A DNA stretch of 63,857 nt, counting the filler. It is 5 parts of 5 records of this genome, joined end to end, with 100 filler letters (N's around TTAATTAATTAA, not from the genome) between each part and the next. Parts side by side here need not be neighbours in the genome. Positions count along the whole stretch, not along the records: positions 47,368 to 52,649 come from SRR20825019_101; positions 52,750 to 57,957 come from SRR20825019_108; positions 58,058 to 63,857 come from SRR20825019_133; 2 more parts are not named here. One strand, written 5' to 3'. Numbering within the stretch: position 1 is the stretch's first letter; the number at the start of each line of letters is the position of its first letter. The notes beneath the pieces are model-generated. The model saw only the letters and a list, made by a program, of their open reading frames with translations, was not told the origin of the DNA and did not search any database. Below, in pieces: positions 51,486 to 61,679 of the stretch. The position numbers were made by a program, and so were the translations under genes.

Positions 51486-52562
51486 TCATGAGGAAAGACC
51501 GTACCAGGCGCCGCGGCCGGCACCGTGCGGGACGAGGTGCCCTTGATCCACGAATGCCTTGAGATGATCCTTAATGGTGTGACGGCTTGCATCGGTGATC
51601 AGTGCAGCCTCCGCGACCGTGATCCGCCCGTGCTCGTGCGCCAATTCGAGCAATGTGACGGATAGTTCCGGCATGTCGGCGAGGATAATACGCTCGCGCT
51701 CCATTTTCTTCTCAAGCCGCGTCTTCTGCCGATGCAGGGCTCTCAAAAAGAACTCGATCCAGGGATTCCAGTCAGGTTCGGTGCTGCGGATCGTTCCCTG
51801 CGTGCGTCGGAGCGAGATGTAATAGCTCTCCTTGCTTTGCTCGATGATGCTTTCGAGCGAGCTGTAGGGGACGTAAGCGTAGCCGGCCCGCAGGAGCAAC
51901 AAGGTGGTCAGAATACGCGATAGACGGCCATTGCCATCCTGGAATGGATGGATTTCGAGGAAAACGACAACGAAGATCGCAACCACCAAAAGTGGATGGA
52001 GATGCTTTTCCCGCCCTTGCTCATCCAGCCAGGCGATCAGTTCTTCCATTCGGCGCGGCGTATCGAACGGCGATGCCGTTTCGAAAACTATGCCGAGGCT
52101 CACGCCCTGTTCGTTAAACGCTTCCACGTTGTTGGAGAGGGTTTTGTAGGCGCCGCGATGCCGCTCGTCCTTTGTCGAATGCGCAAGGAGGTTGCGGTGG
52201 AGCTGACGGATATGATTCTCGGAGAACGAAATAGCTTCGTAGGCACTGAAGATGGTCTCCATCACCTCCGCATAGCCCGCGACCTCTTGCTCGTCGCGTG
52301 TCGTAAACGACCCCAGGCGAATGTTTGCCAGCAGCTTTTCGACCTCTCGGTCGGTGAGGACTGCCCCTTCGATACGTGTGGAGGAACCGATGCTTTCGAT
52401 CGTGGCGACACGCCGGAGGCCGGACAACCGCGCAGGCGCGATCCGGCCGATCGCACGCCAAGCACCTTTGAATTCGTCGATTTCGGCGATCAGCGACAGG
52501 ATTTCGGGCGTGATCCGGACGGTGGCCGTATTTAGAGATTCCATTTTCCCATCCATTTCCAT
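51486..52562 (-). CDS. Fic family protein (class II, N-terminal autoinhibitory motif, C-terminal wHTH)
   Basis: HPFQDGNGRLSR; SSTRIEG; start may be 52544. Confidence 0.9.
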   Translation of the reverse strand: MEMDGKMESLNTATVRITPEILSLIAEIDEFKGAWRAIGRIAPARLSGLRRVATIESIGSSTRIEGAVLTDREVEKLLANIRLGSFTTRDEQEVAGYAEVMETIFSAYEAISFSENHIRQLHRNLLAHSTKDERHRGAYKTLSNNVEAFNEQGVSLGIVFETASPFDTPRRMEELIAWLDEQGREKHLHPLLVVAIFVVVFLEIHPFQDGNGRLSRILTTLLLLRAGYAYVPYSSLESIIEQSKESYYISLRRTQGTIRSTEPDWNPWIEFFLRALHRQKTRLEKKMERERIILADMPELSVTLLELAHEHGRITVAEAALITDASRHTIKDHLKAFVDQGHLVPHGAGRGAWYGLSS

Positions 52563-52649
52563 CCAATTACCGCGGGAGAGTTTGTCAGATCTGTCAGTCG
52601 TGAGCTAGATGACTGGCCATTGGGAACAAGTGGCATCTCTATGAAGCCG

Positions 52650-52749
52650 NNNNNNNNNNNNNNNNNNNNNNNNNNNNNNNNNNNNNNNNNNNNTTAATTA
52701 ATTAANNNNNNNNNNNNNNNNNNNNNNNNNNNNNNNNNNNNNNNNNNNN
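52650..52749. other. Artificial contig linker
   Basis: N44-TTAATTAATTAA-N44. Confidence 0.98.
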
Positions 52750-52838
52750 AATTTCCCAATTGTCCTGGTGACTTGGGAAACGGAATGCCAACGGGCATTT
52801 TCAATGACCGTTGGTATCAGATAGCTCGGGAGCATGTC

Positions 52839-53480
52839 ATGATAACCGATCCGATGACTCTATACATCCTGCACATACTCTACCTCGTCGCCCTGGCGGC
52901 TGAAGCCATGACCGCAGCGCTCGCAGCCGGGCGGCGCAGTATGGACTGGGTCGGCGTCATATTGCTTGCCTCTGTCACGGGGCTAGGGGGAGGCTCGGTC
53001 CGGGACCTGCTTCTCGATCATCATCCGCTGTCCTGGGTTGGCTCTCCGGGGCTGCTTCTCGTGACCAGCGGCGCCGCAGTCCTGACCATCGTCATTGCAA
53101 GGCACATGCACCGGCTGCAACGCGTGTTCCTATTTCTCGATGCGGTCGGGCTCGTTGTTTTCAGCGTTATCGGCAGCAATATCGCGATCGGCCTTGATCA
53201 GCCGGTACTTGTCGTCATCGCGGCGGGCATGATCAGCGGCTGTGTTGGCGGCGTTCTGCGCGATATCCTGTGCAACGACGTGCCGCTCCTGTTCCGCGCC
53301 GAGCTCTATGCGACAGTTTCGGTCATCACCAGCGCAATCTTTGCAGGCGGCGGCCGCCTGGGCATCGACCACAACCTTGTCCTGCTGCTGGCCCTTGCCA
53401 CAGGACTTTGCGTCCGGCTGCTGGCATTGCGTTACTGCTGGAGCATGCCGAAATTCATCTACAAGCACGATTTCGACTAA
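52839..53480 (+). CDS. Trimeric intracellular cation channel / UPF0126 membrane protein
   Basis: GGGSVRDLLL, LDAVGL, GGVLRDILCN, ELYA. Confidence 0.88.
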   Translation: MITDPMTLYILHILYLVALAAEAMTAALAAGRRSMDWVGVILLASVTGLGGGSVRDLLLDHHPLSWVGSPGLLLVTSGAAVLTIVIARHMHRLQRVFLFLDAVGLVVFSVIGSNIAIGLDQPVLVVIAAGMISGCVGGVLRDILCNDVPLLFRAELYATVSVITSAIFAGGGRLGIDHNLVLLLALATGLCVRLLALRYCWSMPKFIYKHDFD

Positions 53481-53580
53481 AGCATTTCGCAGTCGGGTGG
53501 AATCACCTGACGGCCGCGAAAATGCGTCAAAACAAACAGAGAGAGCATTTCCGGTGATCCCGCTTTCACAGGAAGTGCTG
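53478..53580. repeat. MITE-like intergenic repeat (resembles Rhizobiales Bru-RS/RIME-type elements)
   Basis: AGCATTTC...GGTGGAATCACC...AAAACAAACAGAGAGAGCATTTCC...GGAAGTGCT; terminal inverted ends and an internal duplicate. Confidence 0.55.
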
Positions 53581-53709
53581 AAATTCAACGGCAGGCTGGA
53601 TATCCGCTGGCTCCCGGTGATCACGGTCGCATCGAAAACACAAGCGGGCGCCCCATTTGGGAGAAAAGCGTGCGGAAAATGGACTGTCATCATTCCGCTT
53701 TGGCGAAGG

Positions 53710-54615
53710 TCAGTTTCCGGCGCTCAGCTTTTCGACCAGAAAATCGACGAAAACCCTGATGCGGGCCGGCATCGCCGCGCCACCGATGAAAACGGCGTGA
53801 ATGCTTTCCCGGTCGCGCGGATTATAGTCCTCAAGGAGCGGGATCAGCGCGCCGCTCTCGATCAGGTCATCCACATGAAAGTTGCCGACCCGCGTGATGC
53901 CGACGCCCTGAAGCGCCAGTTGCACCAGCGTCTCGCCGCTATTGGCCTTGATCGTGCCGCTAACCGGCAGAATGTAGTCGCGACCGTCTTCCCGGAACGG
54001 CCAACCCGGCTCGATGCGTCGGAAGCTGAAATCGAGGCAGTTGTGATGTTCAAGGTCGGCCGGCCGTTCCGGTCGCCCGCAGCGTTCGAGATAGGCCGGG
54101 GCTGCCACCACGACGCGACCGGTCTCGCCAAGCCGCCGCGCGGTCAGCGGGCTGTCGGCAAGCGGCCCGAAACGAACCGCCACATCGGCGCGGCCGCCGA
54201 TGATATCGGCCACCTCGTCGTTCGAATCGACCTCGATGCCGATGTCGGGATAGCGCCCGGTGAATTCTCCGAGCAGCGGCACGATCGCCGTGCGGCCATG
54301 CGCGGTGGCGACGCTGACGCGGATCTGGCCGCGCGGCCGCGCGCGGTCGGCGAGCGCTTCTTCGGTCTCGTCGATATCTGCGAGAATACGGCAGGCGGCC
54401 CGCACATAGGTCTCGCCCTCGGCGGTGAGACGCAGGCTACGGGTGGTGCGCACCACAAGCCGCACCCCGAGACGTTCCTCAAGACGGGAAATGATGCGGC
54501 TGACCGCAGACGGCGTGAGGCACAGTTCACGGGCGGCAGCCGAAAGACTGCCGGCATGCGCAACCGTGATGAACGCCATCATCTCGCGCGTTCGGTCGGT
54601 CTTGTTCAATTCCAT
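53710..54615 (-). CDS. LysR-family regulator
   Basis: GSLSAAAREL..TPSAVSR..LEERLGVRL..RTTR. Confidence 0.93.
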   Translation of the reverse strand: MELNKTDRTREMMAFITVAHAGSLSAAARELCLTPSAVSRIISRLEERLGVRLVVRTTRSLRLTAEGETYVRAACRILADIDETEEALADRARPRGQIRVSVATAHGRTAIVPLLGEFTGRYPDIGIEVDSNDEVADIIGGRADVAVRFGPLADSPLTARRLGETGRVVVAAPAYLERCGRPERPADLEHHNCLDFSFRRIEPGWPFREDGRDYILPVSGTIKANSGETLVQLALQGVGITRVGNFHVDDLIESGALIPLLEDYNPRDRESIHAVFIGGAAMPARIRVFVDFLVEKLSAGN

Positions 54616-54808
54616 TTGTGAATCCCACGCAAAACAGGTTGTCCCGCAGACAGTCTACCCAGGCATCGGAAGTCAACCATATACTTCGCAACAACAATCG
54701 CAACATTCGGCGGGGCCCTCGACATGTCTGTGAACAGACGGCCCCAAGACAGCATTCGACGGCGATATCCGATGTCGGCCGGATCATTTCATGTAAAGGG
54801 AATACGCA

Positions 54809-55846
54809 ATGGATTATCGATTTCTGGGCCGTTCGGGGCTCAAGGTTCCGGCCTTGAGCTTCGGCGCCGGTACGTTCGGCGGTGCGGGACCGCTCTTCAG
54901 TCATTGGGGAACCGCCGACGTTGCCGAGGCTAAGCGGCTGGTCGATATCTGTCTGGAAGCCGGCGTCAACCTGTTCGACACCGCGGACGTCTATTCGAAC
55001 GGCGCTTCGGAAACGGTGCTCGGCGGCGCTCTGAAAGGACGCCGCGACAAGGCTCTGATCTCCACCAAGATGACGTTGCCGATGGGCGACGGCCCGAATG
55101 ATGGCGGCTCGTCGCGGGCCCGGCTGCTGAAGGGCGTTGAGGACGCGCTCATGCGCCTTGATACGGATTACATCGATGTCCTGCAGCTTCATGCCTTCGA
55201 CGCCTTCACGCCGGTCGAGGAAGTGCTGTCGACGCTTGATCAGCTGGTTCGCGATGGCAAGGTGCGCTATATCGGCGTTTCCAATTTTTCCGGCTGGCAG
55301 ATCATGAAGTCACTGGCCGTCGCCGACCGTCATGGCTGGCCGCGCTATGTGGCCAATCAGGTCTATTATTCGCTGGTCGGCCGGGACTATGAGTGGGATC
55401 TGATGCCGCTCGGCGCGGACCAGGGGCTCGGCGCCATCGTCTGGAGCCCGCTTGGCTGGGGCCGGCTCACCGGCCGGATCCGGCGCGGCAGCCCGATCCC
55501 TGAAGGCAGCCGCCTGCATGAGACAGCAAGCTTAGGGCCGCCGGTCGACGACGAGCATCTCTACCGGATCGTCGACGTGCTCGACGCGATCGCCGAGGAA
55601 ACCGGCAAGAGCGTGCCGCAGGTGGCGCTCAACTGGCTTCTCAGGCGGCCGACGGTCTCATCGGTCATCATCGGCGCGCGAAACGAGGCACAGCTTCGCG
55701 ACAATCTGGGTGCGATCGGCTGGTCGCTGACGGATGCGGAGGTCGATCGGCTCGATGCCGCAAGCGCGGTCTCCGCCCCCTACCCTCATTTCCCCTATCG
55801 GCGGCAGGCCGCCTTTGCCGGCCTCAACCCGCCGCTGGCGGGCTGA
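54809..55846 (+). CDS. Aldo/keto reductase
   Basis: FDTADVYSNG, GKVRYIGVSN, WSPLGWG. Confidence 0.92.
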   Translation: MDYRFLGRSGLKVPALSFGAGTFGGAGPLFSHWGTADVAEAKRLVDICLEAGVNLFDTADVYSNGASETVLGGALKGRRDKALISTKMTLPMGDGPNDGGSSRARLLKGVEDALMRLDTDYIDVLQLHAFDAFTPVEEVLSTLDQLVRDGKVRYIGVSNFSGWQIMKSLAVADRHGWPRYVANQVYYSLVGRDYEWDLMPLGADQGLGAIVWSPLGWGRLTGRIRRGSPIPEGSRLHETASLGPPVDDEHLYRIVDVLDAIAEETGKSVPQVALNWLLRRPTVSSVIIGARNEAQLRDNLGAIGWSLTDAEVDRLDAASAVSAPYPHFPYRRQAAFAGLNPPLAG

Positions 55847-55901
55847 TGAACGGCATGCGGCACGGCACCAATTCCCCCCTGGCCTTCGAAAGCAATACAT
55901 T

Positions 55902-57086
55902 ATGAAATTCAATCCTCCCTTGCTGGCGCTGGCAATCGGCGCTTTCGGCATCGGCGTCACCGAGTTTTCGCCGATGGGCATGCTGCCGCTGATCGCCTCC
56001 GATCTCGGTGTGTCGATCCCGGCCGCCGGCCTTCTGATCAGCGCATACGCTTTCGGCGTTCTGATCGGCGCGCCGATCATGACGCTGGCCTTCGCCGGCA
56101 TGGCGCGTAAGCGTCTTCTTCTGCTGGCGACGCTGATCTTCACGGTCGGCAACCTGATGTCCGCGATGGCGGACAGCTATGCCATGCTGCTTGTCGGACG
56201 CGTCGTCACATCGTTCAATCACGGCGCGTTTTTCGGCGTCGGCGCGGTGGTCGCCGCCAGCCTCGTGCCTCCGGAAAAGCGGGCGGGCGCCGTCTCGGTG
56301 ATGTTCTCCGGCCTCACCCTCGCCACGATCGGCGGCGTGCCGCTCGCCACCTGGGTGGCCGGGCTCATCGGTTGGCGCATGGCGTTTTTCGGCATCGCCG
56401 CGATCGGCGTCGTCACCATGGCGGCGCTTGCGATCTCGTTGCCGCCGATGCGGGTCGCGCAGAAGGCCGACATGCGCTCCGAGCTCAGGGTCCTGTTCCG
56501 GCGGCCGGTGCTGACGGCATTGCTGCTGACCGTCGTTGGCGCGAGCGCCATGTTCACGGTCTTCACCTATATCGCGCCGATCCTGCAGGTCGAAACCGGG
56601 GCCGGCGCGACCTTCGTGACCGCGATGCTGGTCGTTTACGGCCTTGGACTCGCGGTCGGCAATGTGGTCGGCGGGCGGTTCGCCGATCGCTCGCTGGATG
56701 GCACGCTGCTCGTTTCGCTGGCTGCTGTCGTGGTGTTTCTGGTCCTGTTCGCGCTCGCCATGGGATCGGCGGTTGTTGCCGCGCCACTGATCTTTCTCTG
56801 GGGCGTCGCAAGCTTCGCGCTGGTGCCGCCGCTGCAGTCCCGCGTGGTTCAGGAGGCATCCGATGCCCCCAATCTCGCCTCCGCGATGAATATCGGCGCC
56901 TTCAATCTCGGCAATGCCATCGGCGCGGCGCTTGGCGGCGCGGTGATCGATGTCGGCCTCGGCTATCGGGCCGTGGCGCTCGCCGGCGCGGTGACGGCCA
57001 TTGCCGGCCTGGTGCTTGCGCTTGTGTTCCGGCAGGAAAACGCCGAAGGCGCGCGCCCTGGGTCCGTCGGCTTGCCGAGACATTGA
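55902..57086 (+). CDS. MFS transporter (DHA1/AraJ-like)
   Basis: GVTEF..MGML, 12 TM, AFNLGNAIGA. Confidence 0.9.
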   Translation: MKFNPPLLALAIGAFGIGVTEFSPMGMLPLIASDLGVSIPAAGLLISAYAFGVLIGAPIMTLAFAGMARKRLLLLATLIFTVGNLMSAMADSYAMLLVGRVVTSFNHGAFFGVGAVVAASLVPPEKRAGAVSVMFSGLTLATIGGVPLATWVAGLIGWRMAFFGIAAIGVVTMAALAISLPPMRVAQKADMRSELRVLFRRPVLTALLLTVVGASAMFTVFTYIAPILQVETGAGATFVTAMLVVYGLGLAVGNVVGGRFADRSLDGTLLVSLAAVVVFLVLFALAMGSAVVAAPLIFLWGVASFALVPPLQSRVVQEASDAPNLASAMNIGAFNLGNAIGAALGGAVIDVGLGYRAVALAGAVTAIAGLVLALVFRQENAEGARPGSVGLPRH

Positions 57087-57135
57087 CCGGCCCCATCCTT
57101 GCCATCGGGCATCCCATGCCGGATCAGGCGGGGGT

Positions 57136-57957
57136 TCATGCCTGTGCGGCGAACACCGTGTCGCGGGCAAGATAACCGATGCGCTGCCCGGCTTCGTCAA
57201 CGACATCGACGCCCGGCAGGTCCGAACCCAGGATCAGGGCGAGCGCGGTATGCAGGCTTTCATTGCGGCCGATTTCCGTGCCGCAGCCGGTCACGGATGG
57301 CGGCGACATCACGGTGTGGGCCTCGATCAGGCTGAGGCGCTTGATGTGGCGGTCCTGGCCGAGGAAGTCGCGGACGAAATCATTGGCGGGCCGGGCGAGG
57401 ATTTCGGCCGGCGTATCATACTGCAGCAACCTGCCGTCGCGCATGATCGCGATCCGGTCCCCCATCTTGATCGCCTCGTCGAGATCATGCGTGACCATGA
57501 CCACGGTCTTGCTGACCTTCTTCAGGATCTGGCGGAACTCGTCCTGCAGGCGCACGCGGGTGATCGGGTCGATCGCGCCGAAGGGCTCGTCCATCAGCAT
57601 GATCCGGGGCGCCGCGGCAAGCGCGCGGGCAAAGCCGACGCGCTGGCGCTGGCCGCCCGACAATTCATGCGGAAAGCGCCTGCGCATCACCGCCGGATCA
57701 AGGCCGACGAGATCGAGAAGCTCGTCGATGCGGGCATCGGTCTTGTTCTTGTCCCAGCCGAGCAGTCGCGGCACGGTGGCGACATTGCGCTCGATCGTCA
57801 TGTGCGGGAACAATCCAACCTGCTGGATGACGTAGCCAATGCTGCGCCGAAGCTTCTTCTGGTCGACCTTGGCGACATCCTCGCCATTGATCAGGATGCG
57901 GCCCGTGGTCGGGGTCTCCAGCCGATTGATCATCCGCATCGTCGTGGTCTTGCCGCA
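57136..57957 (-). CDS. Osmoprotectant ABC ATPase (OpuCA/ProV-like), 5'-truncated
   Basis: CGKTTTMRMINRL, IGYVIQQVGLFPH, MDEPFGAIDP, CBS-like tail. Confidence 0.88.
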   Translation of the reverse strand, partial: CGKTTTMRMINRLETPTTGRILINGEDVAKVDQKKLRRSIGYVIQQVGLFPHMTIERNVATVPRLLGWDKNKTDARIDELLDLVGLDPAVMRRRFPHELSGGQRQRVGFARALAAAPRIMLMDEPFGAIDPITRVRLQDEFRQILKKVSKTVVMVTHDLDEAIKMGDRIAIMRDGRLLQYDTPAEILARPANDFVRDFLGQDRHIKRLSLIEAHTVMSPPSVTGCGTEIGRNESLHTALALILGSDLPGVDVVDEAGQRIGYLARDTVFAAQA

Positions 57958-58057
57958 NNNNNNNNNNNNNNNNNNNNNNNNNNNNNNNNNNNNNNNNNNN
58001 NTTAATTAATTAANNNNNNNNNNNNNNNNNNNNNNNNNNNNNNNNNNNNNNNNNNNN
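57958..58057. other. Artificial contig linker
   Basis: N44-TTAATTAATTAA-N44. Confidence 0.98.
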
Positions 58058-58792
58058 GTGGTGGCGCATGCAGGTCAGCACATCGGCAAGCTGGCGGCGG
58101 CTGGCGTGATGCATCAGCACATCGCCGACGGCGACCATCGGCGCGCCGGTGGTGTGCGCAAGGGTCGTCATGGCCGCAAACCATGCCGCGTCGGACCCAT
58201 CATAGCGAGGGGCCGCGCCGGTGAACACGTGGCCGGGAAAACGGCGGAGCGCCTGAGTGATGTGGTCGGTCGCCTCCGCCTTCTTCTCCATGTCTTCAGG
58301 CAGCGCGATGAGGATGGAGCCATCGGCCCATTCCAGCATGTCTTGAAGATAAAGCTGGCATTCGCCCTTTTCCGTGCGGCGCTTGCCGAGGCTCAGGAGC
58401 CGCACGAGTTTCTGGTAGGCAGGCTTGTCCTTCGGCAGCGCCACGAAGTCGACGGGGCTGTCGGAAAGCACCAGCCGGCAGCCGACGATCAGGCGCGGCA
58501 GGCGGCGGATCGGCGGCAGGGGAATGGCCTTCGCATCGCCGGCCGGCTGGCGCGACGATGGATCGATATTGGCTTCCAGCCTGATCGTTTGTTCCTCGAC
58601 CTGTTTCTCCAGTTTACGCCTGATCTCCTTCAGCGCCCGGAAGGCGCGCACCACGCCGGCCAGCGAATTGCGGTCGGTGATGGCGATGGCGGAAAGGTCC
58701 AGTTCGGCGGCGCGGATCACCATCTCCTCCGGATGCGAGGCGCCGGTGAGGAAGGTGAAATTGGAGGTGACGCATAACTCGGCATAATCCAT
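58058..58792 (-). CDS. dnaE2: Error-prone DNA polymerase DnaE2 (3'-truncated)
   Basis: YAELCVTSNFTFLTGASHPEE, ITDRNSLAGVVRA; follows imuB. Confidence 0.92.
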
Positions 58793-58801
58793 CGGACACT
58801 C

Positions 58802-60271
58802 TCACGAAAACAGGCCATGCACGAACCAGCCGGGGGCCTGCGGCGTGTGGAACATCCACAGCCGCAGCCCCTGCCGGGTGTCGACCCGCCAGTAATCGCG
58901 CAGTCCCGAGCGCCAGGCCTCGTCCGGCCGCCACCATTCCGGCGCGATCCGCTCCGGCCCGCTTGTGCCTGCCGTGTCGAGCCGTATGCGCCGCCAGGAA
59001 AAGCGCGACGGCGGGCGGCGGGCGGCATCGCTGGTCACCGGTTCGGGGGCGAACATGCGCAAGGGGCGGGGATGATCCATGCGCCATTCGGCCTCCACCC
59101 TTCCATAGGCGCCGGGAATATCGGTGAAACCGCGTTCGGGGATATGGCTTGCGACGGGCTGGAAGCGGACGATGTTGTCGAGCCCGATTCGGGCGCCGAG
59201 CCGGGTCACAAGATCGTCCAGCGCCTCGCCCTCCACCAGCCCGCCTTCGCCGATTTGCTCGGCGGGCAGGTTTTCCACCTCACCGGCCTCAAGCCTGATC
59301 CGCTCGATGCCGAAACCGGCATCGATCTCGCTGACGGGGCGCTCGAACAATCTCAGAATGCGGGGCGCATCGCGCATCGGGCGGGCAAGGCGGAGTGTGA
59401 CGCGCTGATCGCTCTGGTCGACCCGCTCGACGGCAAGGGTGATGGCGCGCGCGCCCGCTTCCCTGGTCTTCAGCCGCAGGCAGAGCGTGTCCAGCAGGCG
59501 CGAGATCGCGGCCATGACGTCGCCGACAAGGCCGATCGGCTCGGGAAAACTCATCCGCACGCCGTAATGCAGCGGTTCGGAAAGCGGCGACACGGCCTCG
59601 CCCCGCGCGCCGGTGGCCTGCTCGAGCCGCTCGATCAGGGCCATGTCGAAACGGCGGGCAAGGGTGGCGCGCGGCAGGGCCGTCATGTCGGCGATGGTGT
59701 TGAGGCCGAGGCGTTTCAGCGCGGTCGCGGTCTTGTCGTCGATGCGCAGTGCGGCGACCGAAAGCGGGCCGAGCGCCGCACTGGTCTTGCCGGCAGGCGC
59801 GATGCCGGGGGCAAAATGCGACAGCGCCCAGGCAGCACCGCGCGTATCGGCGATGCCGATCTTCACGGAAAGCCTTGCGCGTGAAAGCCGGGCTTTCATG
59901 TCCTCCAGCATCGCCGCCTCGCCATCGAAGAGATGAGCGGCGCCGGTGATGTCGAGCACCAGCCCATCCTCGCCGTCGAGCCCCGCATGGGGCGTGTAGC
60001 GCGTGGCCCAGCGGGCGAGCATGGTGAGAAACCGCCGGTCGGCGTCGATATCGGCGGGGCGGGTGACGAGGTCCGGCACATAGGCGCGGGCATCCGCAAG
60101 TCCCATGCCGCGTTCCAGTCCTTGACCCTCGGCGTCCCGGTTCAGGCAATAAAGCCGGTCGTGATTGCCCTCGCTCAGCGTGACGGCGAACGGCCCGTCA
60201 ACCGGGCGGACCCTTAGAACCCGCTCGCTCGGCAGTCTTTGAAACCACATGGATACGACGCGCCGTTTCAT
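58802..60271 (-). CDS. imuB: Y-family polymerase-like ImuB
   Basis: GMGLADARA, LDITGAAHLF, GPERIAPEWW, RDYWRV. Confidence 0.9.
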   Translation of the reverse strand: MKRRVVSMWFQRLPSERVLRVRPVDGPFAVTLSEGNHDRLYCLNRDAEGQGLERGMGLADARAYVPDLVTRPADIDADRRFLTMLARWATRYTPHAGLDGEDGLVLDITGAAHLFDGEAAMLEDMKARLSRARLSVKIGIADTRGAAWALSHFAPGIAPAGKTSAALGPLSVAALRIDDKTATALKRLGLNTIADMTALPRATLARRFDMALIERLEQATGARGEAVSPLSEPLHYGVRMSFPEPIGLVGDVMAAISRLLDTLCLRLKTREAGARAITLAVERVDQSDQRVTLRLARPMRDAPRILRLFERPVSEIDAGFGIERIRLEAGEVENLPAEQIGEGGLVEGEALDDLVTRLGARIGLDNIVRFQPVASHIPERGFTDIPGAYGRVEAEWRMDHPRPLRMFAPEPVTSDAARRPPSRFSWRRIRLDTAGTSGPERIAPEWWRPDEAWRSGLRDYWRVDTRQGLRLWMFHTPQAPGWFVHGLFS

Positions 60272-60779
60272 CCCAACGAACTGCCCAACTGTTACTTGTT
60301 CCTGTTTTGTTCTTTATAATCGACCATTCCTGAAGAGTCGAGTCGGAAGACGAAAACATCGGTTTGCAGAACCAGCGCGTGGTTGCCGCCTGATTGCCAG
60401 CCCCTTCCGGATGGAGCGCAAGCCCGATCGTCCTTCCGCTTTCGGCGGCAAGCTGCAGGCGGCGGCCGGGGGTGAGTTCAACCGGCTTGTCCATTTCCAT
60501 GACGACGAGGCCGACGGCGCCGGAACGCAGGCCCTCCTCGGCGGCGGCGAGCGTTTCCGTCTGGTCGGCGGTGCGCGCGAGGATGATGTCGCGCGGGTCG
60601 AAGAAGACCGAGAGCGCCACCGGATTGATCTCCTCGGCAAACCATGAAGGCTTGATCCACAGCACGGTGCCGCCGGTCATGCCGGCAAGCGCCGCTGCAA
60701 AAAACGTGGCGCCGGGGCCGGAGGCGTCATGCACCCGGCCGCGCGTGAGCGGAAATATGGTCGAAAATTCATCCTGCAT
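60198..60779 (-). CDS. imuA: ImuA
   Basis: EEGLRSGAVG, RRLQLAAE, ATTRW. Confidence 0.85.
   Translation of the reverse strand: MQDEFSTIFPLTRGRVHDASGPGATFFAAALAGMTGGTVLWIKPSWFAEEINPVALSVFFDPRDIILARTADQTETLAAAEEGLRSGAVGLVVMEMDKPVELTPGRRLQLAAESGRTIGLALHPEGAGNQAATTRWFCKPMFSSSDSTLQEWSIIKNKTGTSNSWAVRWDETARRIHVVSKTAERAGSKGPPG
60298..60312. promoter_or_regulatory. Alphaproteobacterial LexA box inside imuA, upstream of imuB
   Basis: Perfect GTTC-N7-GTTC. Confidence 0.55.
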
Positions 60780-60806
60780 GGAGGGATGATATAGCGGATC
60801 GTATGA

Positions 60807-60821
60807 GAATGAAAAGGGAAC
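60807..60821. promoter_or_regulatory. LexA box upstream of imuA
   Basis: GAAT-N7-GAAC (1 mismatch), 27 bp before the imuA ATG. Confidence 0.7.
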
Positions 60822-60839
60822 AAAAACGAGAGCGAACCC

Positions 60840-61583
60840 TCATGCCCGTTCCGTCAATGCAACGGCATCCGCGCCTGCGGGAAAGCGCAACCGGCCCGAT
60901 GTGTCATGCGCGGCCCGCCAGACAGCATCGGCGACGTCGCTTTCCCTTGTCGTCAGCGGCGGGTTGGCATAGCCGGCGAAAACCGGCGCGGCATAATCCA
61001 TATAGGCCTCGGGGATCAGGTCCATGACCGGGATATCGGTATTGGCGGCAAATTGCGTTGTCGGGGCATAGCCGGGTTCCACCAGCTTCGCTCCGATCCC
61101 GAAAGCGCCGAGTTCATGGGCGAGCGACCCCGTAAAACCCTCGATTGCCTGCTTGCTGGCGGTATAGGCGGAAGCGAGCGGCATTGGCGCCAGCGTCGCG
61201 CTGGAAGTGACGTTGACGATCACGCCGGATTTTCGCGCCCGCATCGCAGGGATCACCGCCTGGGTCATGGCCATCACGCCGAAGGTGTTGGTCTCGAACA
61301 CCTTGCGGATATGGGCCATCGGCGTCGCCTCGAAGGCGCCGACGACGCCGATGCCGGCATTGTTGACCAGAACGTCGATCGGGCCGGCGGCGGCGATCGC
61401 GGCGGCAATGCTGTCGGCGCTGGTGACATCCAGTGGCAGAAGGCGGATGCGTTGCGAGGCGGGAAAGAGGTCCGGGCGGGGGGAGCGCATGGTGGCGATC
61501 ACGGTCCAGCCCTCGGCATGGAAATGGCGGGCGGTCTCAAGCCCGTAGCCGGACGAACTGCCGGTAATCAGAACGGTTTTCAT
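60840..61583 (-). CDS. SDR oxidoreductase
   Basis: TGSSSGYG, NNAG, YTASK. Confidence 0.92.
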   Translation of the reverse strand: MKTVLITGSSSGYGLETARHFHAEGWTVIATMRSPRPDLFPASQRIRLLPLDVTSADSIAAAIAAAGPIDVLVNNAGIGVVGAFEATPMAHIRKVFETNTFGVMAMTQAVIPAMRARKSGVIVNVTSSATLAPMPLASAYTASKQAIEGFTGSLAHELGAFGIGAKLVEPGYAPTTQFAANTDIPVMDLIPEAYMDYAAPVFAGYANPPLTTRESDVADAVWRAAHDTSGRLRFPAGADAVALTERA

Positions 61584-61679
61584 ATCAATCTCCTGTGTGA
61601 TGTTGACGAGACCGATGTATCGAGGATAAACTGGATTATCATCAATCATAAGTCCTGTTTTAATTTGCAATAGTCCATT

